Positions 1 to 7,157 of a stretch of DNA of 64,000 nucleotides are shown in pieces (the stretch's first letter is position 1; each line of letters begins with the position of its first letter). Position numbers and translations under genes: made by a program. The DNA comes from Chloroflexota bacterium. GTDB lineage: Bacteria; Chloroflexota; Dormibacteria; Dormibacterales; Dormibacteraceae. Where the stretch lies: positions 35,813-99,812 of the forward strand of contig VBFD01000109.1 of NCBI GenBank assembly GCA_005883585.1. The letters are read 5' to 3'. Under the pieces are notes generated by a model. The model ran no database searches and was not told where the DNA came from. It worked only from the letters and a program-made list of their open reading frames with translations.

Positions 1-760
1 CTGGCTCGTCAGATTGCCGGCCATCGAGTTGACGTTTTCGGTGAGGTCCTGCCACGTGCCGCCGACGCCCTTCACTTGAGCCTGGCCGCCGAGCTTGCCC
101 TCGGTACCCACCTCGCGCGCGACGCGGGTCACCTCGGAGGCGAAGGCGTTGAGCTGGTCGACCATCGTGTTGATGGTGTTCTTGAGCTCGAGGATCTCGC
201 CCTGGACGTCGACGGTGATCTTCCTGGAGAGGTCACCGTTGGCGACGGCGGTGGTGACGTCCGCGATGTTGCGGATCTGGTTGGTGAGCTGACCGGCCAT
301 CAGGTTGACGTTGTCGGTGAGGTCCTTCCAGGTGCCGGCGACCCCCTTGACTTCAGCCTGTCCGCCGAGCTTCCCCTCGGTGCCCACCTCGCGGGCGACA
401 CGGGTCACCTCGGAGGCGAAGCCGTTGAGCTGGTCGACCATCGTGTTGATCGTGTTCTTGAGCTCGAGGATCTCGCCCTGGCCCTCGACCGTGATCTTCC
501 GCGAGAGGTCTCCGTTGGCGACCGCCGTCGTCACTTCGGCGATGTTGCGGACCTGACTGGTCAGGTTGCCTGCCATGAAGTTGACGTTGTCGGTGAGGTC
601 TTTCCAGACGCCGGCGACTCCGGGTACCTGCGCCTGGCCGCCGAGCTTGCCCTCAGTGCCCACCTCGCGAGCGACGCGCGTCACTTCGAGGCTGAAGGCG
701 CGGAGCTGGTTGACCATCGTGTTCACGATCCGCGCCGTTTCCAGGAACTGACCCTGCAGG
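1..760. repeat. Tandem 276-bp (92-codon) repeat, about 2.7 copies in window, encoding the di-HAMP units
   Basis: The string gccgagctt(g/c)ccctc(g/a)gt(a/g)cccacctcgcg recurs at 88, 364 and 640, an exact 276-bp spacing. Flanking sequence is visibly similar along the whole unit. Confidence 0.85.
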
Positions 761-1158
761 CGGCGACCGTCGATGTTGGTCGACATCGTCTGCGTGAGGT
801 CACCTTTGGCGACCGCGTTGATGACGCGCGCCATCTCGCTGTTCGGCCGCACCACGTCCTCGATCAAGTCGTTGATCGAATCCAGGGTGGCGGCCCAGGC
901 GCCGCCGGCGTCGCCGATCGACGCGTGCTTGACCTGGCCTTCCTTGCCCACGTGCTTGCTGAGTCTTTTCAGCTCGCGCTCGAGACGTTGGTTGGACTCG
1001 ATGATGTCGTTGATGGCGATCGCGACCTTGCCGGCTGGACCGGTCGAGGTCAGCGGCATGCGTACGGTGAAGTCGCCGCGTTTGACCGCGGTGAGAACCC
1101 GCAGCATCACCCTGTGATCAGTGCTTTCCGTGGCTGTGGCTAGGGCTTTGCCTGCCAT
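1..1158 (-). CDS. Poly-HAMP signalling protein, N-terminal 386 codons (3' end runs off the window)
   Basis: Absent from the ORF track because no stop lies inside the window. Reading the reverse complement from ATG at 1158 (SD AAGGAGAGGG a few nt upstream) gives [30 protein letters not shown]... This is followed by repeated 92-aa units ([81 protein letters not shown]), the classical di-HAMP repeat. No N-terminal TM segment. The + ORF 76..1143 is its antisense shadow. Confidence 0.8.
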   Translation of the reverse strand, partial: MAGKALATATESTDHRVMLRVLTAVKRGDFTVRMPLTSTGPAGKVAIAINDIIESNQRLERELKRLSKHVGKEGQVKHASIGDAGGAWAATLDSINDLIEDVVRPNSEMARVINAVAKGDLTQTMSTNIDGRRLQGQFLETARIVNTMVNQLRAFSLEVTRVAREVGTEGKLGGQAQVPGVAGVWKDLTDNVNFMAGNLTSQVRNIAEVTTAVANGDLSRKITVEGQGEILELKNTINTMVDQLNGFASEVTRVAREVGTEGKLGGQAEVKGVAGTWKDLTDNVNLMAGQLTNQIRNIADVTTAVANGDLSRKITVDVQGEILELKNTINTMVDQLNAFASEVTRVAREVGTEGKLGGQAQVKGVGGTWQDLTENVNSMAGNLTSQ

Positions 1159-1190
1159 GATGTTCGTTCCCTCTCCTTTCTTTCTCTCGA

Positions 1191-2507
1191 TTACGCCGTG
1201 GGTACCCAGAACTCGACCCTGGCTCCCTCGCCCGGGTCGCTGTGAATGCGGCACCAGCCGCCCACCAGCTGGGCGCGCTCCTTCATCGCCAGCAGGCCGA
1301 GATGACCGGGGACATGTATGCATTCATTGACGACGAACCCCTTGCCGTCGTCGGCCACCTCGATGACCACTCCGCCGTCAAGGGCCGAGGCCGCGACGCG
1401 GATGCGCGTGGCTTGGGAGTGTTTCTCCACGTTGGTCAGGGCCTCCGCGACGTTTTTGAATACCATCGACTCCACCTCGCTCGGCAGGTCGTCGGGAAGC
1501 TGCAGGTCGACATCAGGTTCGATGCCGGTGTGCACGCGAAGGGTTTCGAGGCGATCGCGGATGGCCTCCCCGAGCCCGACCGTGAGGTCGAGCGCTTCGG
1601 GGCTGACGGTGATCAGGAGCCGGCGCAGCGAATCCTCGACCTTCTTGATGGTCGCCGCCAGCTGGTCGAGCTGGGTCTTGTGGTTGCCTTCGGAGCTGTC
1701 GTTGCGAATTCGCTCCAGCTGCAGCTCGGCTGCGGTGAGGAGCTGGAGCGAGTCGTCATGGAGGGCGCTCGCGAACCTGCGCCTTGCCTCGTCGCCACCG
1801 GAAGCGACATTGGCCAGCAGCTGGCGGCGGGCGGCCATCGCTTCCTCCAAACGCTCGACGGCGACATCCAGCTCCTCTTCAGCCTCGCGGTACTGCCACA
1901 CCAGACCGGTGGCCATCGCCGCGACCCGAAGGACCCAGGCGTCGTCGGGCGTGAACCCGCGCCTGGAGTCGTAGGCGGCGAGGGCGCCGATCCGCCGGTC
2001 GCCGGCCGGCCAGGAGACGGCTATCGAGTTGCGCATCCCACGCAAGCCGTTCTCTCGCCAGAACTCATCGAGCGCCAGGCACGTGCCGTTCCGCAGCTCG
2101 AGCTCATCGCGGAAGACGATTCGCTCGGCGATACCGTCTCCATCCAGCTCGAGCGGGATCCTGAGGTTTCGAACCGGGGATTGAGGTTGGAAGCCGAAGG
2201 GTTCGCGCTGGACGCCAAGGGCTCCATGCGGGGAAAGGCGCCAGAAGGCGATGCGGCGAGCGCCCACCAGCCCCGCGACCGTCTCGCCGAGGTGGCCGAA
2301 GAACGCCGGCAGCTCCATCTCGGCCTCGAGATAGGAGGACACGGCGCTCAGGGCAATCGAGGCCGCGGCCTGGGCTTTCTCGAGCCGCTGCGCAGCGCGC
2401 ACACGCTGCCGTGGCCTCAGCTGGCTCGCCGCTCGCAACCTTCCTGTCTCGCGCAACCCGGATGCACCCGTAGGCCGGCGGCCGGCCGGCAGGGTGGCTA
2501 CCTCCAC
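1191..2507 (-). CDS. Sensor histidine kinase, GAF + HisKA_3 + HATPase_c (no cognate regulator adjacent)
   Basis: 438-aa ORF. H-box ALHDDSLQLLTAAELQLE (HisKA_3 type). ATPase motifs NVEKHSQATRI, DDGKGF, GHLGLLAMKERAQLVGG. C-terminus closely parallels the kinase at 20109..21869. Sits 32 nt upstream of the poly-HAMP gene on the same strand. Confidence 0.85.
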   Translation of the reverse strand: MEVATLPAGRRPTGASGLRETGRLRAASQLRPRQRVRAAQRLEKAQAAASIALSAVSSYLEAEMELPAFFGHLGETVAGLVGARRIAFWRLSPHGALGVQREPFGFQPQSPVRNLRIPLELDGDGIAERIVFRDELELRNGTCLALDEFWRENGLRGMRNSIAVSWPAGDRRIGALAAYDSRRGFTPDDAWVLRVAAMATGLVWQYREAEEELDVAVERLEEAMAARRQLLANVASGGDEARRRFASALHDDSLQLLTAAELQLERIRNDSSEGNHKTQLDQLAATIKKVEDSLRRLLITVSPEALDLTVGLGEAIRDRLETLRVHTGIEPDVDLQLPDDLPSEVESMVFKNVAEALTNVEKHSQATRIRVAASALDGGVVIEVADDGKGFVVNECIHVPGHLGLLAMKERAQLVGGWCRIHSDPGEGARVEFWVPTA

Positions 2508-2585
2508 GTCGCCCCTCCTAAGAGTCTTGTCCGGCCTAAATCAAACCGCGTCGGGGGTGGTCAAGTCGCCGTACAAGTGAGGTAG

Positions 2586-2615
2586 GCCAGGGGCCCGTAA
2601 AGCGGGCCCCCTGGC
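2586..2615. terminator. GC-rich hairpin (12-bp stem, one bulge, 5-nt loop) downstream of the GlsB-like gene
   Basis: gccaggggcccg-taaag-cgggccccctggc read directly from the sequence. No U-tract, so an intrinsic-terminator role is only plausible. Confidence 0.35.
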
Positions 2616-2627
2616 TTCAGGAACCGC

Positions 2628-2897
2628 TCAGGCGCGCGCCCGACCCCGCCCGAACATCCTGAGAATGAACAGCAGAACCAAAGCGCCGAGGAAGGCGATG
2701 ACGATGGTGCCGATCAAGCCGATGCTGCCATGGATGAAGAAGCCCGCGAGGAAGCCACCCAGCAGCGCGCCGATCAGCCCGACGATGATGTCGCCGAGGA
2801 GGCCGAAGCCATGGCCTCGGCTGACGGTTGATGCCGCCCAACCGGCGATGAGCCCGACGATGATCCAGGCGATGATGCCACCGGGCGAAAGCTCCAT
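2628..2897 (-). CDS. GlsB/YeaQ/YmgE-family small membrane (transglycosylase-associated) protein
   Basis: 89 aa: MELSPGGIIAWIIVGLIAGWAAS...GLLGDIIVGLIGALLGGFL. This is the typical glycine-zipper 3-TM pattern of the family. SD AAAGGAGAG upstream of ATG 2897. Confidence 0.8.
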   Translation of the reverse strand: MELSPGGIIAWIIVGLIAGWAASTVSRGHGFGLLGDIIVGLIGALLGGFLAGFFIHGSIGLIGTIVIAFLGALVLLFILRMFGRGRARA

Positions 2898-2923
2898 GAC
2901 GCACTCTCCTTTGCAATCAGTGG

Positions 2924-2950
2924 TGTGACCGCCCGTGCGGGGCGGTCACA
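2924..2950 (-). terminator. Perfect 11-bp stem / 5-nt loop hairpin after the LAATG surface-protein gene
   Basis: tgtgaccgccc-gtgcg-gggcggtcaca. Lies about 100 nt downstream of the stop at 3052 on the minus strand. Confidence 0.45.
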
Positions 2951-3051
2951 TCAAGGGAACGTTTGGTCGCGCGAGCGTACCTAGACGGTTCGTTCGGCGC
3001 CGACGAAAAACCGGGCCCGCCACGCTGGCGAGCCCGGCTCCGTTTGACGCG

Positions 3052-4803
3052 CTACTTGTTGCGACCGATCCGGAGGCCGACTGCTCCCAGAAGGGCGAGT
3101 GCGATGCCCAGGAGCCCGCCGAGGATCGGGAAACCTGTCGCCGCGAGCACCGCTCCGGTGCCCGAGGATGCCGTGGCGCCGGAGACGCCGCCTGTCGCGG
3201 TCGCTCCGCTCACGTTGCCGCTGCCGGACGGGCCGCCGGCCTGGGCACCCGAGGTGCCGCCCGTAGCTCCGCTTGTGCTGCCGGTCGTGGTGCCGGTGCT
3301 CGCGCCGGTGCTGCCGGTGCTGCCGGTGCTGCCGGTGCTGCCGGTGCTGCCGGTGCTGCCGGTGCTGCCGGTGCTGCCGGTGCTGCCGGTGCTGCCGGTG
3401 CTGCCGGTACTGCCGGAGACGCCGCCGCTCGCGGTGCTGCCGGCCGTGGTGCCGGTGCTCGCGCCGGTGCTGCCGGTGCTGCCGGAGACCTTGCCGCTCG
3501 CGGTGCTGCCGGCCGTGGTGCCTGTGCTGGTACCTGTGGTGCCAGTGCTGTTCTCGCTGCTCAGCATCGCGTTGATCTCAGCCTGAATCGAGGCTAGCTG
3601 CCCCTTCATCAGGTTGATCTCGACCGATGTGGCCGTTCCGGCGCTAATGGCTGCGCTGAGCTCCGACTTCACTTGCGCCAGCTGCTGCTCGAGCACAGTG
3701 GCTTGAGCTGAGCTGACTTCGCCTGCGCTTACCGCCGCAGAGATCTCCGCGTTGATCTGGAGGACTTCGTTCTGCATGGCGATGAGCTGAGCCTCGACCG
3801 ATCCGCCACCGCCGGTCCCGCCCGAGTTTGACGTGGCGGTGCTGCCGGCCGTGGTGCCGGTGCTCGCGCCGGTGCTGCCGGTGCTGCCGGAGACGCCGCC
3901 GCTCGCGGTGCTGCCGGCCGTGGTGCCGGTGCTCGCGCCGGTGCTGCCGGTGCTGCCGGAGACGCCGCCCGTCGCGGTGCTGCCGGCGGTCGTTCCAGTG
4001 CTTGCGCCGGTGCTGCCCGTGCTGCCCGACACGCCGCCCGAGTTGGACGTTGCCGTGCTGCCGGTCGTGGTGCCGGTGCTCGAGCCTGTGCTGGCCGAGA
4101 CTCCGGCCGAGTTCGTGGACGCCGCGCTGCCGGCGGTCGTGCCGGTGCTCACGCCTGTGCTCTCAGCCGATGCCGAATCGACCTTGGTCTTGTCGTCGCC
4201 GTTGCCGCTCTTGCCGCCGGCGACGTCGCCACGGCTGTCCGAGTTGTTCTCGCCGACTTCCTTGTGGTGAGCGGTCACTTTGGCGCCGGCTCCAGCCTTG
4301 AGGTCGCCGTTGCCTTTGCCGTTGGCGTCAGCGCTGCCCTTTGCAGCCGTGTCCGACTTGGCGCTGGCGTCTGACTTGACGCTGGTGTCCGACTTGGCGC
4401 TGGTGTCCGACTTGGCGCTCGAGTCCGACTTCGCGCTCGAGTCCGACTTGGCAGCAGCGCTGCTCTTGGCGCTGGCGTCGCTGTTCGTACTGGCGCCGCC
4501 CTTCGCACTCGCGCCGCCGCTGCCGCTGTTCTTGTCCTTGCCGCCCCCGCTGCCATCGCCGCCGGCTCCGCCGCCGATGGGATGGTCGGACTTGGCAGGT
4601 GCAGGATCGCTGCGGTGGACGACCACCGAAGCGCTCGTCTTATCGGTCGCCGCCTTGCCCTTGTCGCCGTGCGAATCTGCCGCCAGCGCGGGAGACGTCC
4701 GCGCCAGCATCAGGAGCACACCGGCCATGAAGACGAAGAGCTTCACAGCGACGCTACGCAAGAGTGACGGCCGACTAGCAGTGAACTCGCCGAACGTGTC
4801 CAA
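3052..4803 (-). CDS. Secreted, low-complexity Ser/Thr/Gly/Ala-rich surface protein with central coiled coil and C-terminal LAATG sortase sorting signal
   Basis: 583 aa with TTG start at 4803 and SD GGAGGTG upstream. N-terminal signal peptide (VKLFVFMAGVLLMLARTSPALA/AD). SAKSD(S/T) hexapeptide repeats, 23-aa GSTGSTGASTGTTAGSTASGGVS repeats and (GST)12. Heptad-like segment VEAQLIAMQNEVLQINAEISAA...QLASIQAEINAML. C-terminus VLAATG-FPILGGLLGIALALLGAVGL-RIGRNK is LAxTG plus a TM segment plus a basic tail. Confidence 0.85.
   Translation of the reverse strand: MDTFGEFTASRPSLLRSVAVKLFVFMAGVLLMLARTSPALAADSHGDKGKAATDKTSASVVVHRSDPAPAKSDHPIGGGAGGDGSGGGKDKNSGSGGASAKGGASTNSDASAKSSAAAKSDSSAKSDSSAKSDTSAKSDTSVKSDASAKSDTAAKGSADANGKGNGDLKAGAGAKVTAHHKEVGENNSDSRGDVAGGKSGNGDDKTKVDSASAESTGVSTGTTAGSAASTNSAGVSASTGSSTGTTTGSTATSNSGGVSGSTGSTGASTGTTAGSTATGGVSGSTGSTGASTGTTAGSTASGGVSGSTGSTGASTGTTAGSTATSNSGGTGGGGSVEAQLIAMQNEVLQINAEISAAVSAGEVSSAQATVLEQQLAQVKSELSAAISAGTATSVEINLMKGQLASIQAEINAMLSSENSTGTTGTSTGTTAGSTASGKVSGSTGSTGASTGTTAGSTASGGVSGSTGSTGSTGSTGSTGSTGSTGSTGSTGSTGSTGSTGASTGTTTGSTSGATGGTSGAQAGGPSGSGNVSGATATGGVSGATASSGTGAVLAATGFPILGGLLGIALALLGAVGLRIGRNK
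3307..3414. repeat. Perfect 9-bp microsatellite (GGTGCTGCC) x11 plus one variant copy, encoding (GST)12
   Basis: Counted directly: units start at 3307 and recur every 9 nt to 3405. The 12th unit is ggtactgcc. Confidence 0.95.
3826..4095. repeat. 69-bp (23-codon) tandem repeats, about 3-4 copies; a second block of about 2 copies lies at 3415..3552
   Basis: ggagacgccgcc(g/c)(c/g)tcgcggtgctgccgg... recurs at 3415, 3889 and 3958 (69-bp spacing in block B). Boundaries are approximate. Confidence 0.8.
4351..4458. repeat. 18-bp tandem repeat x6 (gtccgacttggcgctggt-like), encoding SAKSD(S/T) hexapeptides
   Basis: Six consecutive 18-nt units read directly, with 1-4 mismatches each. Confidence 0.9.
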
Positions 4804-4925
4804 AACTGCTCACCTCCACGCGGATATGAGCAATGCCTCGCCGCCATCCTGGACACGGACCCCGTGCGCCCTTCCCCAAATGGCACCGGGATATGTCGCA
4901 GAACGCCCCGCTTAGCGTTACCTAG

Positions 4926-6287
4926 TTGGCAATGCTTAAATCGGAAACGCCGACGGTCTCCCTAGTAACCATGCTGGAGGCCACAGACGAGCCCGCTGTG
5001 GGCGATTTCGTGGCCGATGTCCTGGGGGAATCGGGTTGGCAGATCGAGTCTCTCCGCAAGCGATCGTCGAGGCTCTCCCCACCCGACGGCTATTGGGCGA
5101 TGTACGAGATCGCCATTAGAAAGGACGAGCAGGAGCGCTCGCTCAGGCTCGTTGCGCGCGGCGCGTTCAGCCGGGATGCATGGGACGAGCTCTCGGCCAG
5201 GCTCGTTCGGCACACCAATGGCCCATGCGACCCCATCGGTGGCATCGGGTTCCCGCGCCTGTTCCACGAATCCCAGCACGCCTTCTGGTTCTACCCGTTC
5301 GATCCCGCCATGCCCGGCCTCCCGAGCGCGTCAGATCCCGCGACCATGGCCGGTGTCCTGCTCGGGCTCGGCGCGCGAGCACCTCGAGACCTGGAGGCGT
5401 ACCCGCAGATCGAGATCGAGCGCGTGCGCTACACCCCAGAGATCGGCGCCATCCTTCGCTACACGATGCAGACATCGGCCGGACCGCTGACGGTCTATGG
5501 CAAGGTGCAGCCCGGCGATAGGGGATTGCGGGCGCAAAGGATCGTCGAGGGACTCTGGGAGGCGTCCACCGCCCAGCCCCAAGGTCTGCTGCGCCTGCCC
5601 CGACCGCTCGGCTGGATCGAGCAATACGGCCTTCTCCTCGAAGAGTCCATACCCGGCGAGCCCGTGGGCAGCGATCGGATGAGCGAAGAGTTCCAGAACG
5701 CTGGCATTGCGGCCGCGGAAGCGCTGGCGGTCATCCATGAGTCAGGGGTCGAGACCGATATCGAGATCTGGCTCGAGAACGAGCTCGACCGGCTCGAGCG
5801 CGTCGCCGACCAGTTCGCTTACGTCCACCCCGACGGCCATTTCCTCCTCAGCGACCTCACCACGCACCTTCGCAACCGAGCCCGCATCTCGATGGATGAA
5901 GAGTGGCTGCCCACGCACGGAGACCTCAAGTACGACCAGTTCGTGTATCACGAGGGCACCTTCACGCTTCTCGACTTCGATTACTTCGCCGTCGCCGAGA
6001 CGAGCTATGACCTCGGCAAGTACTGCGGCTACCTCGTGCCCTCCGCGCCGGCGTCGTGGGAGGACACCGTTGCCGCTGAACAGATCCGAGCGCGCTTCCT
6101 CCGCCGATACCTCGAGTTGAGGCCGCACGCCACCATTCAGCGTTTTCCAATCTATGAGGCCCTCACCCTCGGCCTGCGCGCGATGACGTTCATGTGGGCG
6201 CAGCGATCGGGATGGCAGCGAATCGCCGAAACGTTTCTCGTCATGGCTCACGAGCGTCTTTACAGCAGGATCCCCGAAACGATCTGA
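4926..6287 (+). CDS. Aminoglycoside-phosphotransferase/kinase-like fold protein (APH family), substrate unknown
   Basis: 453 aa. Catalytic-loop-like LPTHGDLKYDQFV and metal-binding LLDFDYFAVAETSYDLGKY motifs, in the order typical of APH/choline-kinase-like enzymes. Confidence 0.6.
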   Translation: MAMLKSETPTVSLVTMLEATDEPAVGDFVADVLGESGWQIESLRKRSSRLSPPDGYWAMYEIAIRKDEQERSLRLVARGAFSRDAWDELSARLVRHTNGPCDPIGGIGFPRLFHESQHAFWFYPFDPAMPGLPSASDPATMAGVLLGLGARAPRDLEAYPQIEIERVRYTPEIGAILRYTMQTSAGPLTVYGKVQPGDRGLRAQRIVEGLWEASTAQPQGLLRLPRPLGWIEQYGLLLEESIPGEPVGSDRMSEEFQNAGIAAAEALAVIHESGVETDIEIWLENELDRLERVADQFAYVHPDGHFLLSDLTTHLRNRARISMDEEWLPTHGDLKYDQFVYHEGTFTLLDFDYFAVAETSYDLGKYCGYLVPSAPASWEDTVAAEQIRARFLRRYLELRPHATIQRFPIYEALTLGLRAMTFMWAQRSGWQRIAETFLVMAHERLYSRIPETI

Positions 6288-6400
6288 CGCGGTTAAGAAC
6301 GTAAAGGGGTCTCCCAACCGCGTATGCGATCCCTTTTACAAGCTTTTACCCAATAGGCGGCGCGACCACTCGGAGCCCTCCTCAGACTCAGCCCCTGGCC

Positions 6401-7069
6401 ATGCGGGTTTTCTCGTGGATTGGAGGCATCGTTCTCGTCGCCGTCATCAGCACCGCCACCGCGGCGACGCTGCGCGCACACAACGATGCTGCACACTCGC
6501 TGGTCGCGGCCAAGCCGCCAGTCGCCGCCATCAATGGGACCGTCTACGCCGGCGATCCCCCGCTCGAAAACCACCGGCTGCGGCCAAGCCCCGATCCATC
6601 GCCGACCCCACCGGCCGCGGCAGCCGCACCGCCGCAACAAGCGGCTGGGGCTCCGGCGCCTGCACCCGCCGCTCCGCCTGCGCGACCCGCGCCACCCGCG
6701 ATCGTGGTCGGCTCGACCCAACAGGCGCTCATCAATCAAGATCGGGCCGGAAAAGGTCTCGGGCCGCTGACCTGGAGCTCGTGCCTCGCCAACGTCGCCG
6801 GGGCCAACGCATCGCGGCTTGCCCAGCAGGGATGGGTCCCCCCGTACCACACGAACGGACCCACGGTTGACCTCGGCTGCAGGCTTGGCTCCCAGGCCGG
6901 TGAGAACGTCGGTTATTGGACCGGCGGCATCAGCGACGGGCAGCTCAACAGCATGTTCATGAACAGTCCCGAGCACTACGCCAACATCATGGGTCCGTAC
7001 CACTATGTGGCGACCGCCTGGGCGGTGGCTGCAAACGGCTACGCCTACATAGCGGTCGAGTTCAGCTAG
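6401..7069 (+). CDS. Membrane-anchored CAP/SCP (PR-1-like, YkwD-type) domain protein
   Basis: 222 aa. N-terminal TM (IGGIVLVAVISTATAA), a Pro/Ala-rich linker, then a C-terminal domain with LTWSSCLANVA...GENVGY...MNSPEHYANIMGPYHYVATAW. Confidence 0.7.
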   Translation: MRVFSWIGGIVLVAVISTATAATLRAHNDAAHSLVAAKPPVAAINGTVYAGDPPLENHRLRPSPDPSPTPPAAAAAPPQQAAGAPAPAPAAPPARPAPPAIVVGSTQQALINQDRAGKGLGPLTWSSCLANVAGANASRLAQQGWVPPYHTNGPTVDLGCRLGSQAGENVGYWTGGISDGQLNSMFMNSPEHYANIMGPYHYVATAWAVAANGYAYIAVEFS

Positions 7070-7157
7070 CGAACCGGTCGGCTCCGAGTAACCGGCTTCA
7101 ACTCGGCGTTGTCCTCACGAAGCGCGCGTCCGCGCTCAGAAAGGAGGAACGCGAAGG

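Noticed and set aside
76-1143. 355-aa + strand ORF (and nested ORFs 95-292, 305-556, 566-751, 773-1117)
   Set aside because: Its translation ([31 protein letters not shown]...) is the mirror of the HAMP repeats. The minus strand gives a textbook poly-HAMP protein with SD and ATG at 1158, so this is an antisense shadow ORF.
1242-2585. 447-aa + strand ORF
   Set aside because: It is antisense to the GAF/HisKA_3 kinase. Its composition is Arg/Gly/Asp/Leu-biased and it has no motifs.
3307-3414. Regularly spaced short direct repeats that might suggest a CRISPR array
   Set aside because: The units are contiguous 9-mers with no spacers. They lie in frame inside a CDS and no cas genes are present.
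2935-4915. Several + strand ORFs (2935-3597, 2963-3586, 3273-3575 'CCRCCR', 3828-4301, 3833-4270, 4280-4915)
   Set aside because: These are alternative-frame readings of the tandem repeats in the minus-strand surface-protein gene. Their monotonous (AGA)n, (LPV)n and (CCR)n translations are produced automatically by the 9-bp repeat.
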